From IMG/VR virus record IMGVR_UViG_3300044729_002905, positions 1 through 52,913 of that record: a stretch of DNA of 52,913 nt; one strand, given 5' to 3'. The notes under the pieces are model-generated. The model saw only the letters and a list, made by a program, of their open reading frames with translations. It was not told where the DNA came from and made no database searches. Position 1 is the first letter of the stretch. The number at the start of each line of letters is the position of its first letter. Below are positions 37,604 to 44,690 of the stretch, one piece after another. The translations under genes were made by a program, and so were the position numbers. Origin of the DNA: a virus. Taxonomy: Duplodnaviria; Caudoviricetes.

Positions 37604-37807
37604 ATGTTTATTTCTTTTAACAAAGTTGTAGCTCTTTACTTTGCTATGGTTTTTATATGTGTTGGAGCTACAACACTATTTGCAACTGTAGGTGTGCATA
37701 AATTAGATCAGGCAACTGCACAACAGTGCCGCACACATGATTGGCCTGCAGACAAGCATCAAGTTCACATGGCTTGGTGCGCAGCTAATGGCTATCAAAC
37801 TAATTAA
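37604..37807 (+). CDS. Early membrane or secreted small protein
   Basis: N-terminal TM and 'QQCRTHDWPADKH...WC..NGY'. Confidence 0.6.
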   Translation: MFISFNKVVALYFAMVFICVGATTLFATVGVHKLDQATAQQCRTHDWPADKHQVHMAWCAANGYQTN

Positions 37808-37855
37808 TCAGGCTGTGCCCTCCTCATTGGGGTGCCTTAGCAGGTTAATTATTTA

Positions 37856-37931
37856 AGTTGATTCGTACCCAAGCGAGTCCGGTGGTGCAAACCCACCGGC
37901 AACTATTACCCCCAGCGGAGATGGGTACCGC
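37856..37931 (+). ncRNA. Family A element, copy 2
   Basis: AGTTG/CAACT, ATTCG/CGAGT, CCGGTGG-TGCAAAC-CCACCGG, then TATTACCC...GGGTACCGC. Confidence 0.55.
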
Positions 37932-37937
37932 ACACAC

Positions 37938-38237
37938 ATGGAGTTATCCATGGATCTGACTACAGGTTGGAAGCCACATGATATACCAGGTGGTTATCGC
38001 CTGGTTTACTCAGATGACTTGGTCGGAGGCATATCCATTGTTACTGGACCGCGAGGTTCAGGACTGATGGCAGCTAACGACCCAGGTCAAGAGACCACAT
38101 ACGAAGTGTGGTTTCCAGGATTAGCTGATCCAACTGGTCACCTAACACTTGATGAGATTAAAGGAATCATCAAGTATTTGCGTCAGCGAGAAGAAGAATT
38201 TATATACACAGCGTATAGCGATTATGAAAACAACTGA
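37938..38237 (+). CDS. Early hypothetical protein
   Basis: 99 aa between two family A elements. Confidence 0.6.
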   Translation: MELSMDLTTGWKPHDIPGGYRLVYSDDLVGGISIVTGPRGSGLMAANDPGQETTYEVWFPGLADPTGHLTLDEIKGIIKYLRQREEEFIYTAYSDYENN

Positions 38238-38300
38238 TCCGTAAAAGCGGGTGACCAGGTGCAAACCCTGGTCCAGTTATTGCCGCTCACTAAGAGTGGC
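38232..38300 (+). ncRNA. Family A element, copy 3
   Basis: AACTG/CAGTT, TCCGT/GCGGG, GACCAGG-TGCAAAC-CCTGGTC, then TATTGCC and a hairpin. Confidence 0.55.
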
Positions 38301-38311
38301 TTACGTTAATT

Positions 38312-38467
38312 ATGGCTATTCGCAAATCACTTGCGTCATTCCTTGTAGCTACAGCTAATAAGCTGGAGCGTGATCAAAGCAAAGAGAAGGTGGGAACAAC
38401 AATCAAGGCTGTTCGCTTTGCACTTGCTAATGCGATCATGCCGAAAGTCCCACCTGTTCATCGTTAA
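38312..38467 (+). CDS. Early small protein (51 aa)
   Basis: MAIRKSLASFLVATANKLERD..., manual translation. Confidence 0.5.
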   Translation: MAIRKSLASFLVATANKLERDQSKEKVGTTIKAVRFALANAIMPKVPPVHR

Positions 38468-38484
38468 TTTATTTATCAAGTCAA

Positions 38485-38733
38485 ATGATTATCTATCAAC
38501 CTCACATCAACTCAACCGATCGTGTCATATGGCACGGTGGTGAATCAACCCAATTGCATTACGAACAACAGGTCGACGGTTGGGATGGCAATCCCGACTG
38601 GATAGACCGCAATGTTCAAACTCTTGGCAGTGGTATACCCACAAGCATGAGTGAAATGCACACTCATATGCAAGAGTTTTACAACTATTGCCAGGTGTGC
38701 GAATTTGAGCAACGCATGGCAATGGCAGACTGA
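38485..38733 (+). CDS. Early hypothetical protein
   Basis: 82 aa. Confidence 0.55.
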   Translation: MIIYQPHINSTDRVIWHGGESTQLHYEQQVDGWDGNPDWIDRNVQTLGSGIPTSMSEMHTHMQEFYNYCQVCEFEQRMAMAD

Positions 38734-38788
38734 TGTTTGCAACTAACCCTGAGTAACACCAGGGTTTTCTGCAGACTTCACATCTGCA
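38731..38788 (+). ncRNA. Family B bistable hairpin element, copy 1
   Basis: GTTTGCA-act-AACCCTG-loop-CAGGGTT-ttc-TGCAGAC, with an alternative partner TCTGCA downstream. Confidence 0.55.
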
Positions 38789-38816
38789 CTCAATTCAACT
38801 CAACCCACTTAGGACT

Positions 38817-39059
38817 ATGTCTCCTGCAAGTGTTGAACAACTTCTGATCCAAGACGCCAGGCTTCTCGCTCGTCGAGATGCACCTGCTATTGACCAAGAG
38901 ATTGAGAGTGCGCGGCAACAAGCACTCGAAATCTTTTACCAATGGCAAGACGGATTGGTTCAGTTCCAGGATCTAATCCCATTCGTTATTGTTCTCGAGA
39001 AGAAAGTCGATCTTAATCGTGCGCTTCTCAAATGGGAACAAGAACACATGATGGATTGA
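38817..39059 (+). CDS. Early hypothetical protein
   Basis: 80 aa between two family B elements. Confidence 0.6.
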   Translation: MSPASVEQLLIQDARLLARRDAPAIDQEIESARQQALEIFYQWQDGLVQFQDLIPFVIVLEKKVDLNRALLKWEQEHMMD

Positions 39060-39115
39060 TTCCTGCACTTAACCCTGAGTAACACCAGGGTTTTCTGCAG
39101 GACTTAACATCCTGT
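39057..39115 (+). ncRNA. Family B element, copy 2
   Basis: TCCTGCA-ctt-AACCCTG..CAGGGTT-ttc-TGCAGGA, then TCCTGT downstream. Confidence 0.55.
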
Positions 39116-39141
39116 CTATTAATTCAACTTAACTTAATTCA

Positions 39142-39534
39142 ATGACTTACGCTGATCTGCAAACGTTTACTGCTGTTGGTCGCATTGCTAATCTCACTGT
39201 TATTCAAACAGAAGATGAGCGCGATTGTTTGGTTGTTACTCTATACCACCGTATCTCTCAGGATGCTGTGGTCACAATCAAATTCCTCAACAGCAATGGT
39301 TTGCTTACTGCTTACACACATGACAATCTGGTTGTAGGCCAAGAGCTTACGGTGTCTGGAAAAATTCAAGGCATCCGTGCTTTCTATATGAAAGATGAAG
39401 AGCTCATGCCGCTCAAGCAACCAGAGTTTCAATTGAAAGTGATTGATTATACCTTTGGTTCCAAGCCTCAGCCTAAAGCTGAGGAAGGAACGAAGGTTAC
39501 TAGTAAGAAGAAGGTTGCATCTACTGCTGCCTAA
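39142..39534 (+). CDS. OB-fold / SSB-like protein
   Basis: 'TFTAVGRIAN...LVVGQELTVSGKI' resembles SSB; the tail is basic. Confidence 0.45.
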   Translation: MTYADLQTFTAVGRIANLTVIQTEDERDCLVVTLYHRISQDAVVTIKFLNSNGLLTAYTHDNLVVGQELTVSGKIQGIRAFYMKDEELMPLKQPEFQLKVIDYTFGSKPQPKAEEGTKVTSKKKVASTAA

Positions 39535-39546
39535 CTTATTACTGAC

Positions 39547-39618
39547 TGATTCTTGCACTTAACCCTTCTCATCAATGATGAGTGGGTTTTCTGCAGGAGA
39601 TCCTCTCTCCCCTCCTGC
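39547..39618 (+). ncRNA. Family B element, copy 3
   Basis: TTCTTGCA-ctt-AACCC..GGGTT-ttc-TGCAGGAG, then CTCCTGC downstream. Confidence 0.55.
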
Positions 39619-39629
39619 CCACCGCAACG

Positions 39630-39645
39630 TAGTACAGGTGTACTA
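39630..39645. promoter_or_regulatory. Cyanobacterial LexA box
   Basis: TAGTACAGGTGTACTA matches RGTAC-NNND-GTWCB and is intergenic. Confidence 0.65.
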
Positions 39646-39694
39646 TTTCGCCCATCAACCGTTAGGTTGATTCCTACTACACAGGTATTCCCTC

Positions 39695-39913
39695 ATGAAA
39701 CAGATTACTAAACTTGGTCCTAAACAATTTATTCACACTGATGTGTACCCTGAGTACCACAGCAGAAAGATAGGACGTTACTTTTGTAACTTCTTATCTA
39801 CAACCATTGTTATCTGCATCGCTTTTGTCGTAACAGGCGCTATGCTTGGTACCGACTTAACTAAGCCTTTACTACAGTGGTCACGCCAACAAACATTGGT
39901 CGTACCACGGTAA
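39695..39913 (+). CDS. Early small membrane protein
   Basis: 72 aa with one TM segment. Confidence 0.5.
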   Translation: MKQITKLGPKQFIHTDVYPEYHSRKIGRYFCNFLSTTIVICIAFVVTGAMLGTDLTKPLLQWSRQQTLVVPR

Positions 39914-39938
39914 ACTAATTAACCTAGCCGTTACTCCA

Positions 39939-40304
39939 ATGGTCTCACCAGCAGAACACATCACACATGCTTCGTTGAAGTGGAGATCTAACGGCGAACT
40001 ATCTGATTACGATCTAAGGTCTATCACTGCAAAGTTGATGGCCTTTGAACAAAGACCATTCACACTACCAGAAACTCAACCTATGACATACGTAGCTCTC
40101 GTCGCTGATTCTACCGGACGTTATGCCCATGTCTATGGCAATGCTAATAGCTGGGATAACTACATTGATCAACTCGAAGACATTGGATGTGAAGTCATTG
40201 AAAACCAGACCAGCGAATGGGATGGCGATGACGAAGCAATCAAAGAAGATTGCATTCACATCAGTAACTTAATGAAAGATACAGATTTTGTACCATTCGA
40301 TTAG
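39939..40304 (+). CDS. Early hypothetical protein (alternative start 40083)
   Basis: 121 aa ORF. Confidence 0.5.
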   Translation: MVSPAEHITHASLKWRSNGELSDYDLRSITAKLMAFEQRPFTLPETQPMTYVALVADSTGRYAHVYGNANSWDNYIDQLEDIGCEVIENQTSEWDGDDEAIKEDCIHISNLMKDTDFVPFD

Positions 40305-40362
40305 CTACGGATAATACATTACTTGGAATTCTGATAAACGTCGTTTATTCATATTCCCGATA

Positions 40363-40393
40363 AACGTCCTGAGTATGACGTTAAACTGCTCAG
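40363..40393 (+). ncRNA. Family C H-type pseudoknot element
   Basis: AACGTC-CTGAGTAT-GACGTT-AAAC-TGCTCAG. Confidence 0.6.
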
Positions 40394-40412
40394 TCCTTTA
40401 TCAACTCATCTA

Positions 40413-40571
40413 ATGACAACTCAACCACTTGATGAGAACTACAATGCAGATCTTCTTGACGCATGGTCTGACCTTGCGTACCAGCAGGAGCAAGCAATGC
40501 GAGAAGAAATGCAACCACCTAACCAAACCAACGAGGTAACCAATGACTCAACCACAGACTCAACAATATAA
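40413..40571 (+). CDS. Early small acidic protein (52 aa)
   Basis: MTTQPLDENYNADLLDAWSDLAYQQE... Confidence 0.45.
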   Translation: MTTQPLDENYNADLLDAWSDLAYQQEQAMREEMQPPNQTNEVTNDSTTDSTI

Positions 40572-40923
40572 TGATGATGTAATACTACACATCATCGTTA
40601 TCCTGACCATTCTCGCCACACTGTTCCTCCAATTCATTTCACTACTATGGCCCTCCAACCAGTCCAACACGAAATCGCTGCAGTCGTTGGGTACACCCCA
40701 CTCACCAACGATGAAGGACAAGAGCCTGCCGACACCACACTCTGTTTCCACACCGTTGAAGACAGAGGAGGTTGGCCGCACATCTACTGGAAAGGTGAGT
40801 GGTACCCCGTCCCAACCCTCGAGGAAGTCGAGGAGTGGGTCTTCGACTCAGTCTGCTTTACGCCAGACGAGGACGAAACGGAACCCGACGACCCCAACAG
40901 TTGGCTCTCAATCCTTAACCTAA
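40543..40923 (+). CDS. Membrane-anchored Ser/Thr-rich protein (overlapping)
   Basis: Clear TM 'VILHIIVILTILATLFLQFISLLW'. Confidence 0.4.
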   Translation: MTQPQTQQYNDDVILHIIVILTILATLFLQFISLLWPSNQSNTKSLQSLGTPHSPTMKDKSLPTPHSVSTPLKTEEVGRTSTGKVSGTPSQPSRKSRSGSSTQSALRQTRTKRNPTTPTVGSQSLT

Positions 40924-40928
40924 TTTAA
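40647..40928 (+). CDS. Early acidic hypothetical protein
   Basis: 'PTLEEVEEWVFDSVCFTPD...EPDDPNSWLSILNLI'. Confidence 0.6.
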   Translation: MALQPVQHEIAAVVGYTPLTNDEGQEPADTTLCFHTVEDRGGWPHIYWKGEWYPVPTLEEVEEWVFDSVCFTPDEDETEPDDPNSWLSILNLI

Positions 40929-40993
40929 GTATTAAATTGCACGTTAAATTTACCAATACTACCCATGTATTGGTAATAGTGTTAATACTACAA

Positions 40994-41034
40994 GCTGGGC
41001 ATCCACTGTGGATATACATGGTGTAAGTCCCAGC
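40994..41034 (+). ncRNA. Family D element, copy 1
   Basis: GCTGGG-CAT-hairpin-TGTAAGT-CCCAGC. Confidence 0.6.
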
Positions 41035-41055
41035 ATTCACCTCAACTCAACTGTT

Positions 41056-41262
41056 ATGACTGAAGAGAACCAACGGTATCACCTCATCATTAACGTTGAT
41101 GAGAAGTATACCATTGTCAATGCACTAGCCTTCTATCATGCTCATCACACCCTTGGTGCATCACTTGATGAAGATGAGCGTGAACAATATGCACTCGCAT
41201 TCAAGGAAGATGGTGCAACTCTTGTGGATACTTTAGCTACAAGAGTGGCTAACACTTTCTAA
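41056..41262 (+). CDS. Early hypothetical protein
   Basis: Start ATG 41056, after a family D element. Confidence 0.55.
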   Translation: MTEENQRYHLIINVDEKYTIVNALAFYHAHHTLGASLDEDEREQYALAFKEDGATLVDTLATRVANTF

Positions 41263-41265
41263 TAC

Positions 41266-41304
41266 CTGGGCATCCACTACGTAAGTATGTGGTGTAAGTC
41301 CCAG
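41266..41304 (+). ncRNA. Family D element, copy 2
   Basis: CTGGG-CAT-CCAC..GTGG-TGTAAGT-CCCAG. Confidence 0.6.
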
Positions 41305-41333
41305 TATCAACCTAAACCTACAGTAAACACACC

Positions 41334-41657
41334 ATGGGAAAACACGAACTTCACTTCACCAGCCAAACGTACACTCGTCACGATGGCAGTGAATACACCC
41401 CACGCCTCAACGATGATATGCGCATCACATTAATCATCGAAGAACTTATGGCTATCTACCAACGAGAACAGAAGCGTCCTATGGGACACAATGATCTTCC
41501 GTATGGTTCAGATGAATATCTATTGGAAGCTATTGGTTATCTAGAGAAAGCAATTGAATGGCCTGGTGAAATCGAAGATTCATGTGGTGAACCACCTATC
41601 ACTATGGCTGAAATGCATTCAGCCGCATGGAAAGAACATCAAGAAGCACATCGGTAA
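41334..41657 (+). CDS. Early hypothetical protein
   Basis: 107 aa ending 'GEPPITMAEMHSAAWKEHQEAH'. Confidence 0.6.
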   Translation: MGKHELHFTSQTYTRHDGSEYTPRLNDDMRITLIIEELMAIYQREQKRPMGHNDLPYGSDEYLLEAIGYLEKAIEWPGEIEDSCGEPPITMAEMHSAAWKEHQEAHR

Positions 41658-41826
41658 CAACATCAACTAAACCTTGGTACTGCCAGATAAACACTGGCCT
41701 ACCACAGGTTAAGAAACAGTTAAGACATCACCCCCAACGTAAGTGCTATGCAAAGGCGCTGTGCCTTGCAGTCTACTTTAAATTTGAGTAGACTAATAAT
41801 GCAAAGCGCTTTAAATTTATTAAACC

Positions 41827-42408
41827 ATGGAAGTCACTGATTATTACACTTATGCATATTTAGATGAAAATAAGAAACCATATTACATTGGTAAAGGACG
41901 AAGTGCACGTGCATTAACTAAACATGCAAATGTAAAGATACCAAACAAAGATAATATCTTGATTCTTAAAAAGAATTTAACTGAAAAGAATGCATTAAAA
42001 CATGAACAATATATGATTTTTCTATATGGTAGAAAAGTTGATTGTTCTGGAATTCTTGAAAACAAACTTATTCAAGGCAGTCAAAGTTTAACTAAAGGAC
42101 ATATGTTATATAACAAAGAAGATCCTAATGAATGGAGCGATTTAATGCTTTGTGCTATTTTCGGTAGCAAAACTGCAGCTTGTGTGCTTTTATTTATTCA
42201 GAAAAACAATGAAGCACATGCAAATCGAATTGCCAATACTTTTGGTTTTGGATTAAATATGGTTCAACGCCAGTTAAAAAGGCTAGAGCAAAATTATATT
42301 TTAAATAGCCGTGTAATGGGAAACGTTAGACTGTATTCTTTTAATACACGTAATCCAACAGTAAACAATTTAAAAGTTTTTTTAAATTCTTGTTTAATTA
42401 ACAAGTAA
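41827..42408 (+). CDS. GIY-YIG-like nuclease domain fused to an ArsR-like winged helix
   Basis: 'YYTYAYLDENKKPYYIGKG...R...E..AL.HE' plus 'IFGSKTAACVLLFI...IANTFG..LNMVQRQLKRLE....L.SR..GNVRLYSFN'. AT-rich. Confidence 0.65.
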   Translation: MEVTDYYTYAYLDENKKPYYIGKGRSARALTKHANVKIPNKDNILILKKNLTEKNALKHEQYMIFLYGRKVDCSGILENKLIQGSQSLTKGHMLYNKEDPNEWSDLMLCAIFGSKTAACVLLFIQKNNEAHANRIANTFGFGLNMVQRQLKRLEQNYILNSRVMGNVRLYSFNTRNPTVNNLKVFLNSCLINK

Positions 42409-42541
42409 TGTTTCTTTTATTATATTTGTTTACAAGAGCACCGCCTTGTTGTGCAAGTGTTACAACTCATAACATGAGTCAAACCACTTGACAGAAGGTG
42501 GTAAGCTAACAACGTTCAATTACTTCACACCATTCAAAACT

Positions 42542-42760
42542 ATGACTGCACTTAACGACACTCCCAAACCACGCATCCCTGATGCAATTGATAATCAACG
42601 ATTGCAAGCTATGTCAATCGTTGCCAAGATGAAAGAATCTGCTGATCGACATGGTATTGGTTTTGTCGGCGGCTTTGTAGACGCCGATGGAAATAAATTT
42701 GTAATGACAAATATGTCTGATGAAGACACCAATGCACTCATGCCTGGAGATCTTCAGTGA
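42542..42760 (+). CDS. Early hypothetical protein
   Basis: Likely start is ATG 42542. Confidence 0.55.
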   Translation: MTALNDTPKPRIPDAIDNQRLQAMSIVAKMKESADRHGIGFVGGFVDADGNKFVMTNMSDEDTNALMPGDLQ

Positions 42761-43038
42761 CCATAACTAAACCAAAGACTCAAACTAAAACTCAACCTAA
42801 TACACGTCACCTGCCTGCTCAGCCAGGTGACATATGGGTTACTCAACGCAAGAATAGTCTTGGCGTTGGATCTAAACTTATGTGTACCGATGAAGAGTGT
42901 GATGAAAACCCAGGCTTCTATCGGTTCTACTACTTGATTGGCTGTGCCAACATTGGGCCATGGACATTTCTTGACACCAAGACAATGGAAGGGTTTAATC
43001 TTTACAAACGTAAAGGAACTATCTACAACAAACCATGA
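42757..43038 (+). CDS. Early hypothetical protein
   Basis: 93 aa, coupled to the upstream ORF. Confidence 0.5.
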   Translation: MTITKPKTQTKTQPNTRHLPAQPGDIWVTQRKNSLGVGSKLMCTDEECDENPGFYRFYYLIGCANIGPWTFLDTKTMEGFNLYKRKGTIYNKP

Positions 43039-43110
43039 GCTGGCCCGAAACATTTGTATTGTGCACATTCTTTATATGTGGCACATACCTTACTATCCAA
43101 ATCATTAAAG

Positions 43111-43281
43111 ATGACTAAACAAATTATCTACAAAGAAATTATTGAAATTGATGGTCGTGAATACAAAGTTGCAGAGTTTGATTATTCTGAGTTTGTAAAC
43201 GATGCCATCAACCAAGATTTTATTACTGATAACAACCTGGATATTATTAAATGGGTTGTTTCTGACATCACTGAAATCTAA
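43111..43281 (+). CDS. Early small protein
   Basis: Likely start is ATG 43111. Confidence 0.5.
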   Translation: MTKQIIYKEIIEIDGREYKVAEFDYSEFVNDAINQDFITDNNLDIIKWVVSDITEI

Positions 43282-43305
43282 TTAATTTTAAATCATTAAA
43301 TAAGT

Positions 43306-43629
43306 ATGACATTCACAATCACTGATCATCAATCCGAACTTATCGAAGATCTTCTCGAACGTTTTAACTTTGAGAAAGTCCAGATCGCAATGACTGCACT
43401 TGATTGGAAGTGGGCTAACGTTATGGAAGACGGTAGCTTAACTGTTCCAACTATTGAACGTATGAAGCGTTCATGCAGAAATATTCTTTACCGATCTATT
43501 AATGATAAGTCGGTAGGCACTGGTGGATTCGAAGCTTGTTACTATCCACCAGGCGAAGATGATATCGAAGAAGAAACCTTTGCACTTAAATTTGTTGTTA
43601 CTCAATCTTTTACTAACGGAGATTGGTAA
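43306..43629 (+). CDS. Hypothetical phage protein
   Basis: 'FNFEKVQIAMTALDWKW....VPTIE...GTGGFEA'. Confidence 0.65.
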   Translation: MTFTITDHQSELIEDLLERFNFEKVQIAMTALDWKWANVMEDGSLTVPTIERMKRSCRNILYRSINDKSVGTGGFEACYYPPGEDDIEEETFALKFVVTQSFTNGDW

Positions 43630-43826
43630 TGACAAAGAAATCACCTATTAACTTTGACCGTACTATTGCTGGCTTTAACTTGACTGAACATGGTATTAAA
43701 TCGTATACCAAATCATTCAAGCTTGGTCCACTCCAACTAACACTTAACGCACGGCAGTCTGGTATCCTTGGATCTATCAGTATCCCAGGCACCGGTCTTA
43801 GCCGTCGAAACATAAAGATAATCTAA
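43629..43826 (+). CDS. DUF4236-like protein
   Basis: 'GFNLTEHGI.S...LG.L..TLN......SISIPGTGLS'. Confidence 0.65.
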   Translation: MTKKSPINFDRTIAGFNLTEHGIKSYTKSFKLGPLQLTLNARQSGILGSISIPGTGLSRRNIKII

Positions 43827-43833
43827 AGAAACA

Positions 43834-43872
43834 CTGGGCATCACCTACATAAGTACGGTGTGTAAGCCCCAG
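43834..43872 (+). ncRNA. Family D element, copy 3
   Basis: CTGGG-CAT-CACC..GGTG-TGTAAGC-CCCAG. Confidence 0.6.
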
Positions 43873-43903
43873 CATTCACCTCAACCTTGACAACAACTTA
43901 ACT

Positions 43904-44080
43904 ATGGAAAGCAACCTTAATTTGTTTCAACGCACCAATCTTGCACAGTGTGCAGCCAAACGCGCATATGAAAACTGTGGTGATGAACACAGGTTTCACG
44001 GAGAGTTCTGCACAGCACGTGCATGGAACAAATACAAGTGTTACATCTCAACTATTTGTCAGTTTGTAGAACCTAACTAA
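43904..44080 (+). CDS. Early small protein (58 aa)
   Basis: MESNLNLFQRTNLAQCAAKRAY... Confidence 0.45.
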   Translation: MESNLNLFQRTNLAQCAAKRAYENCGDEHRFHGEFCTARAWNKYKCYISTICQFVEPN

Positions 44081-44172
44081 AGTACATGCATGGGGTCCCC
44101 CCTGGACCCCCCTGCAAACCTGTACCACGTAGGCACTATTAGTAACACTAGTAATCTCTACTAACTACATTC

Positions 44173-44433
44173 ATGACAATCCTATCCATTGAAGAAACAA
44201 TCATCAATCAATCCCATGTCACAGTTACTGCACTTGTTGAAGACATGCTTCTTCTACACAAAGCAACTTACTTCGAACCTGATGAATGGGCTCCAGCACT
44301 TTGCATTGCAGATTTCCAATTGGATGAGGACGAACAAATCCCTACTGATGAAGATGGCTTCTGTCAGTATCTTGCTGACAGAGATCTTCAATGGCAACTT
44401 GTCGACACATCTGATTGGTATCTAGCATCATGA
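44173..44433 (+). CDS. Early hypothetical protein
   Basis: 86 aa, acidic. Confidence 0.6.
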   Translation: MTILSIEETIINQSHVTVTALVEDMLLLHKATYFEPDEWAPALCIADFQLDEDEQIPTDEDGFCQYLADRDLQWQLVDTSDWYLAS

Positions 44434-44630
44434 TTGGTTTCTCTATCGAATTCAAACGTTGGTACCTTGTGATCCGTGGTCCCAAAGGTCGTGTGTACAG
44501 TGCATTTGGTTTTGCAAACCAGATGCCTGTCTTCACACCAGAAAAGACCATGACCTTGCAAGAGTACATGGATGACTATAACGATGCCATTGTCTTTACT
44601 TGTAATGGTGAAGAAATAATGCGCATCTGA
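44430..44630 (+). CDS. Early hypothetical protein
   Basis: ATGA-coupled to the upstream ORF. Confidence 0.5.
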   Translation: MIGFSIEFKRWYLVIRGPKGRVYSAFGFANQMPVFTPEKTMTLQEYMDDYNDAIVFTCNGEEIMRI

Positions 44631-44633
44631 TCC

Positions 44634-44663
44634 AACGTCCTGAGCATGACGTTAAACTGCTCA
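44634..44663 (+). ncRNA. Family C H-type pseudoknot element
   Basis: AACGTC-CTGAGCAT-GACGTT-AAAC-TGCTCA. Confidence 0.6.
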
Positions 44664-44690
44664 ACACTACACACTTACTACGAACTTACT

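Noticed and set aside
37517-38300. Family A elements as true tRNAs or hammerhead/HDV-like ribozymes
   Set aside because: No D-arm, anticodon arm or CCA; no CUGANGA/GAAA core or HDV nested pseudoknot was found by eye.
44646-44690. Shared 'MTLNCS' N-terminus with ORF 50281 as a protein motif
   Set aside because: It is the translation of the family C RNA repeat; better starts lie downstream.
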